Both the position numbers and the translations under genes were made by a program. The notes below the pieces were generated by a model. It was given only the letters and a program-made list of their open reading frames with translations, did no database searches and was not told the DNA's origin. A DNA stretch of 64,000 nucleotides from a virus (Duplodnaviria > Caudoviricetes). The stretch lies in the IMG/VR virus record IMGVR_UViG_3300025021_000154, positions 25,087 to 89,086 of that record, one strand, 5' to 3'. Of this stretch, positions 61,901 to 64,000 are shown in pieces (within the stretch, counting starts at the first letter, position 1; every line of letters starts with the position of its first letter).

Positions 61901-62195
61901 GTCCCTGGCACTGGGTTTATCACATATGGCCAGCAAGAATGTCCGGGTGGATTCGCTGTTCCTGGATGAAGGCTTCGGTACCCTGGACGAGGAAGCCCTC
62001 GACACCGCCTTGGAAACCCTCGCGGGCCTACAGCAGGACGGCAAACTCATCGGCGTCATTTCACACGTACCTGCCTTGAAGGAGCGGATAAGCACGCAGA
62101 TCCAGGTAACGCCTCAAACAGGGGGCAGAAGCCAGATATCCGGCCCTGGATGCGGCAGGTTAGGCGCTACAGAGCTGGCCGTAGAAGCAGGATGA
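58905..62195 (+). CDS. sbcC: SbcC/Rad50-family ATPase
   Basis: FKNLNSL, ITGPTGAGKT, LAQGGFAAFL, hook CPLCG, LSGGE, LFLDEGFGTLD, ISHV. Confidence 0.95.
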   Translation: MRILQVRFKNLNSLVGEWQIDLTHPAFTSDGIFAITGPTGAGKTTILDAICLALYGRTPRLNKVTKSGNEIMSRQTGECFAEVTFEAQNRKGGTERYRCHWSQHRARKKSDGDFQAQKHEIANADTGEIFESKIKGVADQIESATGMDFDRFTRSMLLAQGGFAAFLQAAPDDRAPILEQITGTEIYSRISIRVHEQQREEREKLNLLQAETAGIVILEPEQEQEIGQVLETKQKEETDLAAKSAATGKAIAWLTTIDGLKKEIGNVADEASKLQIDIEAFKPDREKLNRALNAASLDGAYATLTSTRKQQVDDRAALKVEEESLPGLESSAKEQAETLKSAEQQTARAKEELKAAALTLQKVRSLDQKLADQKKAVSEGDEGCKKDAAKIDADKKARLEEQEKRSKTHETLDLVDDYIKEHAQDEWLISGLAGVEEQFGGLLSKQKEIVQKEADQETATTALDLATKSLDDRQKQSGIRKQGLEEASKQIQQGKDALSQLLGDRLLREYRTEKETLLREMAFLTKIAELKDHRTKLEDGKPCPLCGATEHPFAEGNVPVPDETEQKIDVLTKLIGKAEDREVAIQKLEVAERLARNNLAEAEKQESAAANDKKAAEKALADVNEGLGKLRADFTERKQAVSRKLLPLGIADIPETDISSLLETLRARLKAWQDQVKKKADIEKQIADLDSDVKRLDAVIETQSTALAEKLERLGTLKKELAAGSDERIALYGDKNPDDEERRLNKAISDAEGAEKQARDRHNELQQKWNTAKAHVESLRKRVDQREPELRRLETEFSAALAPVGFSNEEQFLAAILPSERRAGLTATAKDLDERQTDLEARRKDRETRLATELARKVTDKSLEELEPQFKEYEESLKELRDIIAGFKHKLSENNAAKERIKQKQAAIEAQKTECRRWENLHELIGSADGKKYRNFAQGLTFEMMIGHANRQLQKMTDRYLLARDDAQPLELNVVDNYQAGEIRSTKNLSGGESFIVSLSLALGLSHMASKNVRVDSLFLDEGFGTLDEEALDTALETLAGLQQDGKLIGVISHVPALKERISTQIQVTPQTGGRSQISGPGCGRLGATELAVEAG

Positions 62196-62202
62196 CTTGA
62201 AA

Positions 62203-63357
62203 ATGTCGGACGATCTCAAAACAGCAAAAACCGCCCTCGCCAAGCTCCATCAGGACATGGAGGCCATCAACAGGCTGGCCAAGCCGCCCTATCTGAGTGT
62301 GATAGAGCAGATGGAGCGCACGCTGGAACCGATCCGTCGTCAGCAGTTGGAAATCACTCGCGCTCTAGAAATGGCTGGAGCAGCGTCCCGGATACAGGAG
62401 ATCGTCGGTGCTAATCAACACTGGCAGGATTTAATAAAACAGGCCACCGCGACAAGTCGTATTGCCGAGAGTCTTGCGGCGACACATCAGTCATGGCTTG
62501 AGCGTATCAAACCCATCCAGCACGATTTCTCACACTTTTCACAGCTTCAAGCATCCGCCAAGCTGGCTCTGTGTGATACTTCTCTGCGGCTTGCCGCCAC
62601 GGAACGGCTCATGGCAGGCATCGATTTCGAGGCGATAAGGAGTCGCTTTCAAATTGAGATGCCAGTTGTCTCGGGGCTGGAGAGCTCAATAGCCCATGTG
62701 TCAGCCTCGTATGGGAGTTTGGCCGAGTCACTGCGGGAGATCTCGGACATCACGCGGCTACCTGCCTTTGTTTTGCCTGGGGCCACCCGTGAGATCTACA
62801 CCACCAGCTTCGCGCTCGAGACCCTTTGCCCCTGGGATGAACGGGATGAGGAAGATGCCGAAACGGAAATTCAGCTTGTCGCTGAGGCGGAGCTGGAAAC
62901 ATCGGGCTGCATCGCTCTCCTGCAGCAGGTCGACCCAGGGCTCGCTCGGCCGTACATCGGCGCTCGGGATGCCCTGTATGGTAACAATGCCGACCGGGCA
63001 AGGCACATTCTGAGCTCGCTCAGGGAGCTATGGAACCATCTGCTCAGACGATTGGCACCCGACGATTCCGTTGCCGCATGGATTCCGGGGATTGCCAATC
63101 AGAAGGACCTGTTACATGAAGGCAAGCCAACCCGTCGAGCCAGGGTGCTATATGTCTGTCGGGAGCTGAACAACGATCCGCTGACCGACTTCTTGATGCA
63201 CGACACTCGGGCACTGGTGAAGCTGATCGAGTTGTTTAACCGGGTTCACGAATTGGAGACTAAGCTGACCGATGAACAGCTTAGGGCTATTGTCCTTAAG
63301 ACCGAATCGTGGCTGATGTACATATTGCAAATCGCGGCGGGGAATTCCCGCAGATAA
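62203..63357 (+). CDS. Helical protein with C-terminal putative nuclease domain (pPIWI-associated nuclease/HEPN-like)
   Basis: GARDAL...DRARH..SSLREL..HLL..LAPD...W...KPTRRARVLY. Family recalled from motif only. Confidence 0.5.
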   Translation: MSDDLKTAKTALAKLHQDMEAINRLAKPPYLSVIEQMERTLEPIRRQQLEITRALEMAGAASRIQEIVGANQHWQDLIKQATATSRIAESLAATHQSWLERIKPIQHDFSHFSQLQASAKLALCDTSLRLAATERLMAGIDFEAIRSRFQIEMPVVSGLESSIAHVSASYGSLAESLREISDITRLPAFVLPGATREIYTTSFALETLCPWDERDEEDAETEIQLVAEAELETSGCIALLQQVDPGLARPYIGARDALYGNNADRARHILSSLRELWNHLLRRLAPDDSVAAWIPGIANQKDLLHEGKPTRRARVLYVCRELNNDPLTDFLMHDTRALVKLIELFNRVHELETKLTDEQLRAIVLKTESWLMYILQIAAGNSRR

Positions 63358-63381
63358 TGATCATATAAACAGGAGACGACC

Positions 63382-63615
63382 ATGCCAAAGAAACCAGGAT
63401 CACATCATGTAGTGCCCAACGCCAATGGCGGCTGGGACGTCAAGAAAGACGAAGCGACCCGAAGCAGCGGCCACTTCGACAAGAAGCAGGATGCCGTCGA
63501 TGCCGGGCGCAAGATCAGCCAGAACCAAGGCACCGAATTCTACATTCACGGCAAGGACGGGAAGATCCAGAACAAGGACAGCCACGGGAATGATCCGTAT
63601 CCGCCGAAGGGGTGA
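63382..63615 (+). CDS. DUF2188-like protein
   Basis: HHVVPN..GGWDVKK..A.RSS.HF..KQDAV..GR, IHGKDGKIQ..DSHGNDP.PPKG; AGGAG RBS. Confidence 0.9.
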   Translation: MPKKPGSHHVVPNANGGWDVKKDEATRSSGHFDKKQDAVDAGRKISQNQGTEFYIHGKDGKIQNKDSHGNDPYPPKG

Positions 63616-63816
63616 TGCCCGGGCCAATTCGATTCCCGTTTTGGGAATCGAACCGGCGTCCGAAAACCTGATTCGAAGTTGTTGCGGCTCGACGCCAGGT
63701 ATCCAGTTTTACTGCAAACCCGTCACCCTCGTCCGATGCCGGGAAATCAGGGGAGAAAATCGTTTCTCTGGTCGGGTCGGCGGGAAGTGCTTGTGCGAAA
63801 AGACTTCGGCGTTTAT

Positions 63817-63829
63817 TATCAAGGAGTTA
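63817..63829 (+). promoter_or_regulatory. IHF consensus binding site
   Basis: TATCAAGGAGTTA is an exact match to WATCAANNNNTTR. Confidence 0.6.
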
Positions 63830-63872
63830 CGAGGAGTGCGGGCTTTGAGACTGCTTTGCGGTAGGTCGTCGT

Positions 63873-63883
63873 CCCCTCCACCA
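63873..63883 (+). other. Candidate att core: 3' remnant of tmRNA or tRNA-Ala (CCCCTCCACCA)
   Basis: Ends in TCCACCA, lies ~45 nt after the IHF box and directly before a terminator. No upstream T-arm, so not an intact RNA gene. Confidence 0.5.
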
Positions 63884-63895
63884 TTAACAAAAGAC

Positions 63896-63945
63896 AAACC
63901 CGTCTCTCTGGGGTCATTCTCCGGGGTGACGGGTTTTCTTTTTCC
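63896..63945 (+). terminator. Intrinsic terminator
   Basis: AAACCCGTC/GACGGGTTT outer stem; the inner stem holds only with G-U pairs in the + strand RNA; followed by TTTTCTTTTT. Confidence 0.75.
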
Positions 63946-64000
63946 CCTTGTTTCTAAAGGGTTTGCGCCCGTTTCACATCTTTCCAAAGCACCTCTGTGC

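Larger units (their letters stand above)
1..63883 (+). mobile_element. Integrated temperate myovirus-like prophage (left end outside window) with defence cargo at its right end
   Basis: Portal-head-neck-sheath-tube-TMP-baseplate-fibre genes in canonical order (1-35.9 kb). All genes are on the + strand. Candidate att remnant at 63873-63883. That the 39-63.6 kb cargo belongs to the same element is inferred, not shown. Confidence 0.75.

Noticed and set aside
63873-63883. Intact tRNA or tmRNA gene
   Set aside because: No T-arm (GTTCRA) or 5' acceptor strand upstream; only a 3' remnant is visible.
63679-63987. Small ORFs at the window end (63679-63864 +, 63709-63987 -)
   Set aside because: No RBS or recognisable motifs; they overlap the att/terminator region.

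Overview
The window holds the right-hand ~64 kb of what looks like one integrated, GC-rich temperate myovirus-like element. Its left part (terminase, integrase) lies outside the window. 1-35.9 kb is a complete, co-oriented virion module: portal, head, neck, contractile sheath and tube, tape measure, Afp/P2-like baseplate, PAAR spike tip, fibres and interleaved lysis genes. 36.1-38.9 kb is an amidoligase / DUF5049-like / class II glutamine amidotransferase / gamma-glutamylcyclotransferase cluster. 39.1-63.6 kb is a tightly coupled defence cargo: a complete type 1 BREX system with two embedded modules (an unassigned ABC-ATPase + PD-(D/E)xK pair, and a Shedu nuclease). BREX is followed by a RloC-like Zn-hook ATPase, an accessory SbcDC pair, a putative nuclease and DUF2188. 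The cargo ends at a candidate att site (IHF box + CTCCACCA + terminator, ~63.8-63.9 kb). The most unusual items are: (i) a 1523-aa MuF minor head protein carrying SAP/HeH-like repeats, a HipA/PI3K-like kinase domain and a candidate ADP-ribosyltransferase domain, followed by two coupled small genes that may be immunity factors; (ii) a DNA adenine methyltransferase fused in frame to the prohead protease and scaffold; (iii) a four-copy intergenic motif TCCGACAC-N10-CTTCCGGTAAGTAA that looks like a phage-specific late promoter. All protein assignments come from motif recognition by eye. No database search was run.
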